In this document: one piece after another, positions 28,480 to 37,945 of the stretch
Layout: each line of letters begins with the position of its first letter
Position numbering within the stretch: position 1 is the stretch's first letter
Origin: an uncultured Clostridia bacterium
GTDB taxonomy: Bacteria; Bacillota; DTU014
Reading direction: 5' to 3'
DNA: 64,000 nt
Assembly (NCBI GenBank): GCA_900016865.1
Contig: FIZI01000016.1
Coordinates: forward strand, 45,304 to 109,303
The notes under the pieces: model-generated
Databases searched by the model: none
The model's input: only the letters and a program-made list of their open reading frames with translations
What the model was told of the DNA's origin: nothing
Translations under genes and position numbers: made by a program

Positions 28480-28660
28480 TTTCATTCCGAGTGTTAGGGA
28501 CCGGTGAGAAGCCGGTCGTTTTTTGTGTACCCGATGATTTTGGCTACGGGAGATTGTGCCTAGAGATCCCGTGGTGGGAAATACCAGCCCTTCTGAAGGA
28601 ACCTGCATCCGAGTAGTCCGTCTGTACTGAGTGAGAAACAAGTGGCGCAGTTCCTGCTAA

Positions 28661-29290
28661 ATGGGAGGCTTCATTGTGAGAACACTTTTTTGGTTGGTCC
28701 TAGTCTGCTTAATCGTAGCTGGAGTCGTAGTCGGCCAAGATCAGGCCAATCACGACTACGCGGGTTTGGAACTCGATGCGGCTGGCCAGACAGAGTTTGT
28801 GTCTGATCTGAGGATAGATGCGCCGAGCCTCCTTAGTGACGAAGAGCTGGGGAGGGCAGCGGATCAGGCTGCGGTAAGTATGCTCAAGGACCTCTCTGGT
28901 AAGGCCGACAGCGTCGAGGGTAAGGAGATCCGCTATTCGGTAGTAGATACGCACAACGTGCCTCCGCACATATTGAGGGTTGTTGAAGAGACCAAGACGC
29001 ATCCGACAACTATGGTGTTCGAGGGTGATTCAGGAACTCAATATGTGTACATCGCATTGGGCGAGCGAATGACCGGAGGTTACCTGATAAGCGTAGAAAG
29101 CGTCGAACAAGTGGGTGAGAGGGTTATAGTCCGCTACAACGAGATTAGCCCGGGCGAGGACGACATCGTGACTCTGGCGATAACCTATCCGTGGATTGTG
29201 CTAAAGGTTCAGTCCGATTTGCCAATCGATGTGGTCACACCAGATGCAAGCCTTGGTAATGCCTCGAGCGGGGAGGCTCCTCACAATTGA
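28661..29290 (+). CDS. Secreted/membrane-anchored hypothetical protein, possible PrcB_C-like domain
   Basis: A hydrophobic N-terminal anchor precedes a C-terminal region (GGYLISVESVEQVGERVIVRYNEISPGEDDIVTLAITYPWIVLKV) that is reminiscent of protease-complex PrcB C-terminal domains as recalled from memory. No catalytic motifs are present. Confidence 0.4.
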   Translation: MGGFIVRTLFWLVLVCLIVAGVVVGQDQANHDYAGLELDAAGQTEFVSDLRIDAPSLLSDEELGRAADQAAVSMLKDLSGKADSVEGKEIRYSVVDTHNVPPHILRVVEETKTHPTTMVFEGDSGTQYVYIALGERMTGGYLISVESVEQVGERVIVRYNEISPGEDDIVTLAITYPWIVLKVQSDLPIDVVTPDASLGNASSGEAPHN

Positions 29291-29518
29291 GACAGCGCCT
29301 ACTGAGGAGTCGGCGCTGTCTCTGAGGATGCTCCCTAGACTCTGCTACTCGTTCAGAAAATACGGCCTCTTTCGTCCGAAATTTGCACCATCCAACCATA
29401 GGTTTAGTTGAGGTGGAAGAATCAACCGGCGGTTTATACACCGAAGTGGTTTTCGCTTGCACGCAGAGCGTTTCTCTGATATACTGTCTCAGGACAGCGA
29501 TGAGTCAGTCGTCCTGGA

Positions 29519-29547
29519 TTGAGGAGACTGGCATTCATCTCTACAAT
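29519..29547 (+). promoter_or_regulatory. Sigma-A-type promoter for tRNA-Arg(ACG)
   Basis: TTGAGG-N17-TACAAT, ending 5 nt before the tRNA 5' end. Confidence 0.55.
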
Positions 29548-29551
29548 ATAG

Positions 29552-29628
29552 GCGCCCGTAGCTCAGTGGATTAGAGCGTCTGACTACGGATCAGAAGGCC
29601 GCAGGTTCGAGTCCTGCCGGGCGTACCA
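29552..29628 (+). tRNA. tRNA-Arg (anticodon ACG)
   Basis: Acceptor gcgcccg/cgggcgu, D stem gctc/gagc, anticodon stem tctga/tcaga with loop cuACGga, T-loop ttcgagt and CCA. Confidence 0.8.
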
Positions 29629-29633
29629 GCTAG

Positions 29634-29685
29634 AGCGGGGTTTGGTGACACACCAAGCCCCGCTTTTTTTGTTTATAAATCCAGC
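29634..29685 (+). terminator. Rho-independent terminator after tRNA-Arg
   Basis: The 14-bp stem agcggggtttggtg/caccaagccccgct is followed by TTTTTTTGTTT. Confidence 0.8.
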
Positions 29686-30252
29686 ACTCAACTCAGCCGT
29701 GAAATACGTTTTAGAACCGATTCGTACCCAGCCAAAAAATGCGAGATTAAGAAGGTTGTACTGACGCCAGTGACAACCATTCATGGTGGGGCTTACGCCT
29801 GATCGTCCGCGGCCTATGAAGAAACCGCTGGACCGATGTAGGCCGAGTACTGCAATGCTGGTGTCAAAAACGCTTCTACGGATTTCCTGCCAGGTGTATA
29901 GCAAGACTTGACTTCCTGTTGGTCGCCAGTTCCACAAGAAACGCTTAGAGCAGCGAGAGAACAGTCAGCAGCATAAACTGACGGTAGCATTCCGATCTTC
30001 TAATCCAGCAGTCTTTCCACCAGGCGGCCTGGTTATCACGTCATAATCGCAAAAAGCTTCTGTTTAGCTCGAACGGTGCGTATCTATTTAACAGATTAAC
30101 AGCCAATAGGTTGGTAGAGGCAGCCCAGTTAATATCTTGGAAAAAACAGAAAGGGGAGAGTATTGGGGTCAGATGACGAGACTTGGAAGGTGATTTTCTA
30201 AAGGTCAGATGGGTTACCTCGATTCAGTCCAAGAATAGGAGGAGGTTTAGCG

Positions 30253-31242
30253 ATGAAAAGGTTGCTGAAAGCGGGAACATTGCTGTTGGTGGCTATTTTG
30301 GTTTTGTCGTGCGGGTCTGGATTAGCAGCTTCAGAAGATCTGATTAGGGTTGGGATTGTGAATCTGCCTCCGGAAGAATCCGGCTACCGTCAGGCCAATG
30401 TGGAAGACATGAACAAGGTCTTCTCCAGGGAAAACGGCTATGACACCAGACAGACCAACACCGCCGATGTCAACGAGCAGATGGCGGCGGCCATGGGGTA
30501 TATTCGCGATGGCGTCGATTATCTTCTGATCTCCGCAGCCCACGCCTCCGGATGGGACGACGTTCTGCTGGCAGCAAGAAGAGCGGGGGTTAGGGTCATC
30601 CTCTTTGACCGGCTGATTGATACGGATCCTTCGAACTATGAGGCCGCACTTGTTTCCGACATGTACTACGAGGGCCAATTGGCAACTGACTGGATTCTAA
30701 ACAACGTGCCGGAACCGCGCAATGTAATCCTGATTCGCGGGCAGATGGGGAGCGCCGCGGAAATCGGACGCAGCGCCCCGGTGCTCAAGGCGGCAGAAGA
30801 AGGTAAGCTCAACATCGTGTGGGATGGCACAGGCGGCGACACTTGGAGCCTTGAGGAAGCTCGTAGAGTAGTCGAGGCTGCGATCGCCGCAGGAAAGGAC
30901 TTCAACGTCATCTATGCCCAGAACGACGGGATGGCGCAAGGTGCTTGTCAGGCTCTCGAGGCAGCCGGGATCAGCTTTGGGAAGGACGGGAAGGTCAAAA
31001 TCATTGGTTTTGACTTTAACCGTTTTGCCCTTAGAAACGTACAGGCCGGTTACTGGAACGCCGATGTGCAGTGTAATCCCCGTATGGCAAGCCAGATTGA
31101 TCAGTGGATCAAGAGTGGTAATATCCCCGAAGGCATCGTTTATCAGGAAGAGATAATCTTGGACACGGACACGATCACCGACGAACATATCGAAAAATAC
31201 GGGATCAACCCCGACCCGGGCAAGGGTGCGATTACACGATAA
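30253..31242 (+). CDS. CUT2-type sugar ABC transporter substrate-binding protein (YtfQ/RbsB-like periplasmic binding protein)
   Basis: A lipoprotein-type signal (LVLSCGSG), a type-I PBP fold pattern, a strong RBS AGGAGGAGG, and first position in a four-gene transporter operon. Confidence 0.8.
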   Translation: MKRLLKAGTLLLVAILVLSCGSGLAASEDLIRVGIVNLPPEESGYRQANVEDMNKVFSRENGYDTRQTNTADVNEQMAAAMGYIRDGVDYLLISAAHASGWDDVLLAARRAGVRVILFDRLIDTDPSNYEAALVSDMYYEGQLATDWILNNVPEPRNVILIRGQMGSAAEIGRSAPVLKAAEEGKLNIVWDGTGGDTWSLEEARRVVEAAIAAGKDFNVIYAQNDGMAQGACQALEAAGISFGKDGKVKIIGFDFNRFALRNVQAGYWNADVQCNPRMASQIDQWIKSGNIPEGIVYQEEIILDTDTITDEHIEKYGINPDPGKGAITR

Positions 31243-31336
31243 TTCTTTGCAATAGCCCTGGCAGTGCGGTGTCCGGATTCTCTCCCGTCAACCGCACTGC
31301 CGTTGATTTATACGATACCCGTAAGGAGGGCTTTAC

Positions 31337-32842
31337 TTGCAGCCTGAAATCATCCTCAAGATGGAGGGGATCTGCAAATCCTTTCCCGGGGTCAAGGCTC
31401 TGCACAACGTTGATTTTGTGCTCCGCAGAGGTGAAATCCATGCCCTGATGGGCGAAAACGGAGCGGGCAAGTCCACCCTGATCAAGATCTTAACTGGTGT
31501 TTACCAAAAGGATGCTGGCCAGGTTTACCTAGAGGGAAGGCTAGTTCACTTTAAATCGCCGCAGGATGCGCAGAATATGGGGATAGGCACGGTTTTTCAG
31601 GAGATCGCGCTCTGCCCCAACCTGACCGTGGCCGAAAACATGTTTATCGGCCGGAGCCGGGGCGCTTTCGTTAACTGGAAGCAAATGAACGAAAGTGCGG
31701 CTAAGATGCTCAATTCCCTTGGTATCCCCGCGAGCCCGACCCAAGAACTCGCCAGCTGCTCAATTGCTGTCCAGCAGATGATAGCGATTGCCCGCGCAGT
31801 CGATATGGACTGCAAGATCCTCATCCTGGACGAGCCGACATCCTCCCTAGACGAAGATGAGACGAAAAAACTCTTCGCGCTCATGCATGAACTGAAAGCC
31901 CGAGGTGTAGGGATCATCTTTATTACCCATTTTATCGATCAGGTCTACGAGATCAGCGACAGGATTACCGTACTGCGCAACGGCGAGTTGATCGGCGAAT
32001 ACCTAACAGCCGAACTTCCCCAAATCGAGCTTGTCTCGAAGATGATGGGAAAGGCGCTGAGCGATGTTTCGGCCATAAAAAAACACGAACCGCCTAAGTC
32101 CGACGACAGTGTGCCGGTGTTCGAGGCGAGGGGCCTTTCGAGCGCCACCGGGGTAAGGCCGTTCGATTTTTCGGTCCACAAAGGAGAGGTAAATGGGTTT
32201 GCTGGGCTGCTTGGCTCGGGGCGCAGCGAGAGTGTGCGCGCAATCTTCGCCGCTGACAAGGTGACGGGCGGTGAAGTCAAAATAAACGGCAAGGTGGTGA
32301 AGATCAGGACGCCCCTGGACGCCATGAAACAGGGAATCGGCTATCTGCCGGAGGACCGCAAGAGCGACGGGATCATCGACGAGCTTTCGGTGCGTGACAA
32401 CATCATCCTCGCCTTGCAGGTGATGAAAGGCTTTTTCAGGCCGCTTTCGCGAAAACAGGCTGAGGAATTTGCCAACCAGTACATACAATTACTGGAGATC
32501 AAGACACCGTCCCTCGACACGTCAGTTAAATCGCTTTCCGGCGGCAACCAGCAGAAGGCGATTCTGGCCCGCTGGCTGCTGACTCATCCTATGTACCTGA
32601 TCCTCGATGAACCCACCCGGGGAATCGATGTTGGAACCAAGGTGGAGATTCAAAAACTTGTGCTCAAGCTTGCAGCAGAGGGGATGAGTCTGACTTTCAT
32701 TTCCTCGGAAATCGACGAAATGCTTCGCGTCTGCTCGCGGCTGATCGTGATGAGGGACCGGGAAATCGTCGGCGAACTCAGTGGAGTAGACCTGACGGAA
32801 CAGAATGTTATGCAGATGATCGCACAGGGAGGGGGTGAATAA
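31337..32842 (+). CDS. CUT2 sugar ABC transporter ATP-binding protein with duplicated ATPase domains (YtfR/RbsA-like)
   Basis: Two nucleotide-binding domains: Walker A GENGAGKST plus a second degenerate GLLGSGRSE, signatures LSGGNQQK and others, and Walker B ILDEPT x2. A TTG start with RBS AAGGAGGG. 501 aa. Confidence 0.9.
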   Translation: MQPEIILKMEGICKSFPGVKALHNVDFVLRRGEIHALMGENGAGKSTLIKILTGVYQKDAGQVYLEGRLVHFKSPQDAQNMGIGTVFQEIALCPNLTVAENMFIGRSRGAFVNWKQMNESAAKMLNSLGIPASPTQELASCSIAVQQMIAIARAVDMDCKILILDEPTSSLDEDETKKLFALMHELKARGVGIIFITHFIDQVYEISDRITVLRNGELIGEYLTAELPQIELVSKMMGKALSDVSAIKKHEPPKSDDSVPVFEARGLSSATGVRPFDFSVHKGEVNGFAGLLGSGRSESVRAIFAADKVTGGEVKINGKVVKIRTPLDAMKQGIGYLPEDRKSDGIIDELSVRDNIILALQVMKGFFRPLSRKQAEEFANQYIQLLEIKTPSLDTSVKSLSGGNQQKAILARWLLTHPMYLILDEPTRGIDVGTKVEIQKLVLKLAAEGMSLTFISSEIDEMLRVCSRLIVMRDREIVGELSGVDLTEQNVMQMIAQGGGE

Positions 32843-33956
32843 GGTGACGAGTCTAAGAAGACAGTTCGATCGCTTGTCCCATCTCTTCCTTCCCCTCTCT
32901 GTCTTGGTGGCACTCCTGACTATTAACCTGGTCAAGGGTGCCGACTATTTCAAGATCACCATGATCAACGGGGTCTTTTACGGGAACATTCCGAATATCC
33001 TCTTCGGCGCCTCGGAGTTGGTTATCCTGTCAATCGGGATGACCCTGGTAACTGCGGCCTCCCGGGGGCAGGACATCAGCATCGGTGAAAGCGGCGCGAT
33101 TAGTTCCGCCATCTTCGTCCAGTATGTCTTGAATGCCGGCGAGGTCACCATCTGGACCATCCTAGCGGGTTTTCTTATCAGTTGCGTTGCCGGGCTGGTG
33201 ATTGGCGCCTTCAACGGCACCCTGGTTTCATTCTTCAATGTTCAGCCAATGGTTGCGACCCTCATCTTGTTCTTGGGCGGCAGGTCGATCGCGTTTATCA
33301 TTGACGGCAAAGTATCGCCCATCCTGGCGAACCCGATCTCGAACCAAATCGGCACCGTCATACCGGGTGTGCCGATCCAGACACCAATCATCCTGACCGC
33401 TGTCTTCATCGTCATCGTGGCGGTGGCCATTAAGACCACCAATCTGCGACTCTATGTGGAGGCGGTGGGGGTCAACCCGAGCGCGGCGCGGCTGAACGGG
33501 ATCAATCCGAAAAAGGTCATTTTCTTGACCTTCTTGATCATGGGGGTTTGCAGCGCGGTCGCGGGTTTCATTGCGGTTAACAAAGCGGGCCGCCACGACA
33601 GTGTCAACCTGCTCAAGTTCATCATGATGGACGCGATTCTTGCCGTTGCCTTGGGCGGAAACTCGCTGGCAGGCGGGAAGTTCAGTATCACCGGCTCGAT
33701 CATAGGCGCATACACCATCGAGGTACTCAACAGGACCCTGCTTCGGTTGGAAGTAAATCCCGAAGCCATTAAGGCCTTCAAGTCGGTCTTTATCATCGTC
33801 CTCATGGTTATTGCTTCGCCGGTAGTCAGAGCCCTTGCCAGGGAGCTACTTGATAAGGCAAGAGCCATCGTCACCGGCTACTCCGCACGTCAGACAGGAG
33901 GACTAAACAAGGCGGCTGTTTCCATCACGGACAGTTCTGCGAAGAAGGAGGGGTAG
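32835..33956 (+). CDS. CUT2 sugar ABC transporter permease (YtfT-like)
   Basis: A 373-aa polytopic membrane protein whose GTG start overlaps the ATPase stop. Confidence 0.8.
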   Translation: MNKVTSLRRQFDRLSHLFLPLSVLVALLTINLVKGADYFKITMINGVFYGNIPNILFGASELVILSIGMTLVTAASRGQDISIGESGAISSAIFVQYVLNAGEVTIWTILAGFLISCVAGLVIGAFNGTLVSFFNVQPMVATLILFLGGRSIAFIIDGKVSPILANPISNQIGTVIPGVPIQTPIILTAVFIVIVAVAIKTTNLRLYVEAVGVNPSAARLNGINPKKVIFLTFLIMGVCSAVAGFIAVNKAGRHDSVNLLKFIMMDAILAVALGGNSLAGGKFSITGSIIGAYTIEVLNRTLLRLEVNPEAIKAFKSVFIIVLMVIASPVVRALARELLDKARAIVTGYSARQTGGLNKAAVSITDSSAKKEG

Positions 33957-33957
33957 G

Positions 33958-35028
33958 ATGAGACTCCTGAACAGAGGCAAACCAAGGACAAGACTGTCGA
34001 ATTCGACGCTTCTCTTTATCATCGCAGGGATTATCTTCCTTCTGATGTACGGGATTGCCATAGTAAGTTTCCCTGTTAGCTTCCGGCAGTTTCAGACCTT
34101 CTTTGACTTCTTCAACCTGAACGCAGCGCTCTTCATCACTACCCTTGGGATGTGCATCGTCATAATCGGAGGCGGCATCGATATCTCTGTCGGCGCCGTC
34201 TGCGGCCTGGTCACCATGGCTTGCGCTTTGTTGCTCCAATCGGGAGCGGGGAACGTTTGGGGAGCCTTGTTTCTGGCGCTGGGAATCGGGCTCGCCTTTG
34301 GGCTTATGCATGGATTTCTCATTGCCTACCTTGAAATCCAGCCGTTCATCATAACGCTGGCCGGAATGTTCTTGGCGCAGGGGCTGCTGACGACTCTCCA
34401 CAAAGAGCCGCTCAACGTGACCAATCCTGATTTTGTCGCCCTGCGAAGGTTTACAATCGAGATCCCCTGGCTAGGTACCGTAAACCGGCTGGGCGTTTTC
34501 ATTCCGTGCGAAATCAAACCAGGCGTCATTGTGGTGGTGGCACTTGTTGTTCTCTACGCCGTCCTGATGAAGTGGTCGAGTTTCGGGCGCAATCTCTACG
34601 CGGTTGGCGGCAATCGCCACAGTGCCCGGATGCTTGGGATTAACGTCAAGAAAACGATCTTCCTATCCTACGTGCTCTGCGGGTTGACCGCCGGGATCTC
34701 CGGCTTTGTCTTTCTCATGACAACAGGAGCTGGCAATATCGGAAACGGAGCGTTGTACGAGATAAAGGCCATAGCCGCGAATGTCATGGGCGGCATTATG
34801 CTGAGCGGCGGCGTGGGGAACCTGCTAGGTGCGCCCATCGGAACTCTGACCCTCCTGACGATCAACGAGTTGATCCGGGCCGCGGGCGTTCAGTCAAACC
34901 TACAAGCGATCGTCGCCGGGCTCTTGCTGTATCTCTTCATCGTGCTGCAGAGCATCATTATGGCGTTGCGGGACAGGAGAGAATTCAGACTTGCTCTCCC
35001 TCCATGGCTGAAACCGCACCGGTCGTAG
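33958..35028 (+). CDS. CUT2 sugar ABC transporter permease (YjfF-like, second permease)
   Basis: A 356-aa polytopic membrane protein starting 2 nt after the previous permease. Confidence 0.8.
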   Translation: MRLLNRGKPRTRLSNSTLLFIIAGIIFLLMYGIAIVSFPVSFRQFQTFFDFFNLNAALFITTLGMCIVIIGGGIDISVGAVCGLVTMACALLLQSGAGNVWGALFLALGIGLAFGLMHGFLIAYLEIQPFIITLAGMFLAQGLLTTLHKEPLNVTNPDFVALRRFTIEIPWLGTVNRLGVFIPCEIKPGVIVVVALVVLYAVLMKWSSFGRNLYAVGGNRHSARMLGINVKKTIFLSYVLCGLTAGISGFVFLMTTGAGNIGNGALYEIKAIAANVMGGIMLSGGVGNLLGAPIGTLTLLTINELIRAAGVQSNLQAIVAGLLLYLFIVLQSIIMALRDRREFRLALPPWLKPHRS

Positions 35029-35176
35029 GACAAGGAAAACGCAGAGAACCAATGATGGCCGCCCAAAGACCAAGAGCGCCTGATGTGTTCTTGGTGCGCC
35101 TGGTGTGGCTCCCTTAGAGCATCCAGTAGGGCTCTTGCTGTGTCGAGAGTTTTTTCAGGCAGGGCGAAAACACGCA

Positions 35177-35232
35177 TTGACAAGACCTCTCTTGCGTTAT
35201 ATTATGCAATTGCGCAATTACGTAATTGCATA
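35177..35232 (+). promoter_or_regulatory. Near-consensus promoter (TTGACA-N17-TATTAT) overlapping a 30-bp palindromic operator (TATGCAATTGCGCAATTACGTAATTGCATA)
   Basis: The -35 is at 35177-35182 and the -10 at 35200-35205. The imperfect palindrome TATGCAATT-N12-AATTGCATA at 35203-35232 overlaps the -10/+1 region, 22 nt upstream of the ArsR-like gene's RBS AAGGAGAGG. Confidence 0.65.
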
Positions 35233-35253
35233 TCGCCAAGGAGAGGTGTTATC

Positions 35254-35889
35254 ATGGAAAGGGACTATGGTGCTGAAATCGATGCTCTGAGAGAGGAGCT
35301 CAAAGAGATTCGCAGACTCCTGCAGCCCAGAGCAGAAGCTCATTCGAAGACTCCGGCCGCCGAGATGCCGGAGAAGGTGGGACATGTCTACAAGGTCCGC
35401 ACCGTGGAGGCGGACGAGAACTTGATCAGAGTACTCGATCGCCTAGAGAACTCCTGCGGAGAAAGCGGCAGCAGCGGTAGGGTAGCCTATGCGGGCGTTT
35501 TCTCGTCGGGCGGGAGGCAATCTACATGGGTGCGAGAGAATGTCAACGCAGACGAGCTCCTGTCTCTGATTGAGAGTGGAGAAGCAGTGAAGGTACTTAG
35601 GTGCATAGGAAACAACGATCGCCTGAGGATGCTGCTGACGATACTCAAGAAGCCGATGACTGTTGCGCGGCTTGTTGAGGAGTGCGGGTACAACTCTACG
35701 GGTCAGGTCTATCACCACCTCAAGCCTTTGATCGCTGCTGATCTCGTGGTGGAGGACAGCGAAAACGAGGGCAGGGGAGTGTATGTGATCCAGCCCCATA
35801 GAGTTCAGGGGATAATCATGCTACTTGCAGGCATAAGCGACATGCTTGACTCGAGGTACACAAGAGGGGATTGGGAGGCTATTGAGTAG
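35254..35889 (+). CDS. ArsR-like winged-helix transcriptional regulator with N-terminal coiled-coil region
   Basis: A C-terminal wHTH (LRMLLTILKKPMTVARLVEECGYNSTGQVYHHLKPLIAADLV) is ArsR/SmtB-like. The start is an ATG with a good RBS; the ORF-track start at 35083 runs through the promoter and is rejected. Confidence 0.65.
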   Translation: MERDYGAEIDALREELKEIRRLLQPRAEAHSKTPAAEMPEKVGHVYKVRTVEADENLIRVLDRLENSCGESGSSGRVAYAGVFSSGGRQSTWVRENVNADELLSLIESGEAVKVLRCIGNNDRLRMLLTILKKPMTVARLVEECGYNSTGQVYHHLKPLIAADLVVEDSENEGRGVYVIQPHRVQGIIMLLAGISDMLDSRYTRGDWEAIE

Positions 35890-35987
35890 GCTGCGAATGC
35901 AGAAATCAGACCTTTTCGCAGTGACTCCGAGCCGAGCAAACCGTGTGGACGGAGAACGCCCCAGGTTGCTGGGACGTTCTCCGTCTT

Positions 35988-36731
35988 TTACAGAATCCAT
36001 TTTCTACTGATACTGTATTGGCAGAACTCAAACAGCAAAATGGCGAACACGAGCAGTACGGCAATGCACAACACGGGCGGCATTGCGCTAGCACCAAGGA
36101 TCGAACTGTTGAGCAGATCTGTTCCATAGGTGAGTGGGAGCATATAGGATATGGGCCGCAGGCAGACCGGCAGGCTGCTGATAGGCAAGAACAACCCGCA
36201 CAGAAACAACATGGGGAAGCGGAAGAAGTTGGAGAGTGTCTGCGCCTCGAACACCTCCTTTGCGGAAACAGCGATCACGAGTCCCATGAGCGCAGACGTC
36301 AACGCAGTGAGAAATACCGCCAGAAGCACACTGACCCAGTTGACTTCCGATAGGTCGACAAACCACGCAGCGAGGATCACAGGCACAAAAGCGTTGAGGG
36401 CTCCAAACAGGACCGCACCGGACAGCTTGGCAGTAACCATGGCTCTCAGGGAGATGGGCGCCAGCAACAGCCTGTCAAACGAACGGCCTCTTCTCTCAAA
36501 GGTAATAGTGACGGCCAGCATTGAAGTAGTGCCGAACAGCACGCTCATAGCTATGAGGCCCGGGAGCATCTCTCGTATGCTTGAGAGGTCTACGCTGCCG
36601 GAAGAACGGATCATCTGCATAAGGGTCCAGGAAAGAGGGAAGACGATTCCCCAGCTGATGTTCGGCGGCTTGAGATAGTAGGTCCGGACGTCTTTTTTCA
36701 TGATATTCCAAAAGGCGATCCATGTTTTCAT
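35988..36731 (-). CDS. ABC-2-type exporter permease
   Basis: A 247-aa six-TM membrane protein, translationally coupled by a 4-nt overlap to the upstream ABC ATPase. Confidence 0.75.
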   Translation of the reverse strand: MKTWIAFWNIMKKDVRTYYLKPPNISWGIVFPLSWTLMQMIRSSGSVDLSSIREMLPGLIAMSVLFGTTSMLAVTITFERRGRSFDRLLLAPISLRAMVTAKLSGAVLFGALNAFVPVILAAWFVDLSEVNWVSVLLAVFLTALTSALMGLVIAVSAKEVFEAQTLSNFFRFPMLFLCGLFLPISSLPVCLRPISYMLPLTYGTDLLNSSILGASAMPPVLCIAVLLVFAILLFEFCQYSISRKWIL

Positions 36732-37708
36732 CTGCCTATTCCCACCTTCCTGGCTTCCTTTCTTGACTCTGCTGCCTCTATTCCAGTGATCTTCACAAAA
36801 ACGTCCTCTAAGGTCGGAGTTAGCTCCTTGGCCTCAAACACTGACACCCCTTGCTCGTCGAGGTATTGCAGAATAGGGTAAAGCGGGATACGTTCCTTGG
36901 AGACAACAGTTGCTGCGTGTCCTGGCTCGGCTCTAACAGTGCAGCCGGGAACACGCGCCTGCAGTTCACAGACAAACGGTTCAAGGGCGGCATCAGCAGT
37001 CAGCCGAATTGCATGTCCGTGGCCGGTGCTTCCCAAGAGCTTTGACACAGAGCCTTCCGCAACGATTCTACCTTCGACGATAAAGGCCACTCGATCGCAG
37101 ATACGTTCAGCCTCCTCGATATAATGGGTGGTGAGAAATATGGTGGTTCCCCGGAGTCTGAGGTTCAACAGGAGATTGCGAATCTGTCGAGCGCTCTCCA
37201 CATCAATTCCAGTAGTGGGCTCGTCCAAGAACAGTATCTTAGGTTCGTGAATGAGAGCGGCTGCAATCGTCAGCTTTCTGCGCATTCCTTTGGAGTAGGC
37301 TTTGAACGGGCGGTTTCCGGCTTTTAGCAAGTCGAACTGCTCCAGCAACTCTCTGGCTCGACTTTCCCTCGCCGCTCTTGGCATGCCGTAGAGAGCGCCA
37401 CAGAAACACAGGTTGTCAAAACCGTCCATTTCATCGTACAGGTTGCTCTCGTCTGGGACTATGCCCATAATTGATTGCGCTTTCTTGATGTTCCGCACTG
37501 CGTCAATGCCGTCTATGATTATAGAGCCTGCGGTGGGCCTGGCAAGGCCGGTCATCATGTTTATCGTAGTTGTCTTTCCTGCGCCATTGGGCCCGAGGAA
37601 ACCGAAGATCTCTCCACTGCAGATGGAAAAGGAGATCCTATCAACTGCTGTAATGCTGCCATACCGTTTGCTGAGATTAGTGACAGTGACGATGTCGGTC
37701 TTACTCAC
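36728..37708 (-). CDS. ABC transporter ATP-binding protein (DrrA/ABC-2 exporter family)
   Basis: Walker A GPNGAGKTT, signature YSKGMRRK, Walker B LFLDEPTTGID, and an about 100-aa C-terminal extension. 326 aa. Confidence 0.9.
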   Translation of the reverse strand: MSKTDIVTVTNLSKRYGSITAVDRISFSICSGEIFGFLGPNGAGKTTTINMMTGLARPTAGSIIIDGIDAVRNIKKAQSIMGIVPDESNLYDEMDGFDNLCFCGALYGMPRAARESRARELLEQFDLLKAGNRPFKAYSKGMRRKLTIAAALIHEPKILFLDEPTTGIDVESARQIRNLLLNLRLRGTTIFLTTHYIEEAERICDRVAFIVEGRIVAEGSVSKLLGSTGHGHAIRLTADAALEPFVCELQARVPGCTVRAEPGHAATVVSKERIPLYPILQYLDEQGVSVFEAKELTPTLEDVFVKITGIEAAESRKEARKVGIGR

Positions 37709-37945
37709 GCCAGTTTCTTCCCTCCTCTGTATCTGATCCGGCGTCTGCCAACTAGATTCTACACCAAGCTGGGGTCATCTTCATGCCCGGCTCCCTCATT
37801 AGTTACGTGCAGGGATACGAGTCCCCGCGGCGAAGACCAACGGAGTAGGACCTACCTGAGAGGCTGGCAGGCCTGGCTACAAGCCTATGCGCATCGCAGC
37901 AGAGCAGTAGGTTTACACTACACGAAGTGCGGCAGGTGGTAGGCT

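Noticed and set aside
29584-29937. 117-aa reverse ORF overlapping tRNA-Arg(ACG) and its terminator
   Set aside because: It runs through a tRNA gene and an intrinsic terminator, which makes it an ORF-caller artefact.
37413-37942. + strand ORFs 37413-37736 and 37475-37942 between the ABC ATPase and esterase genes
   Set aside because: The first is antisense to the 5' end of the ABC ATPase gene. The second lies in the intergenic/promoter region with a C/R-rich low-complexity translation and no RBS.
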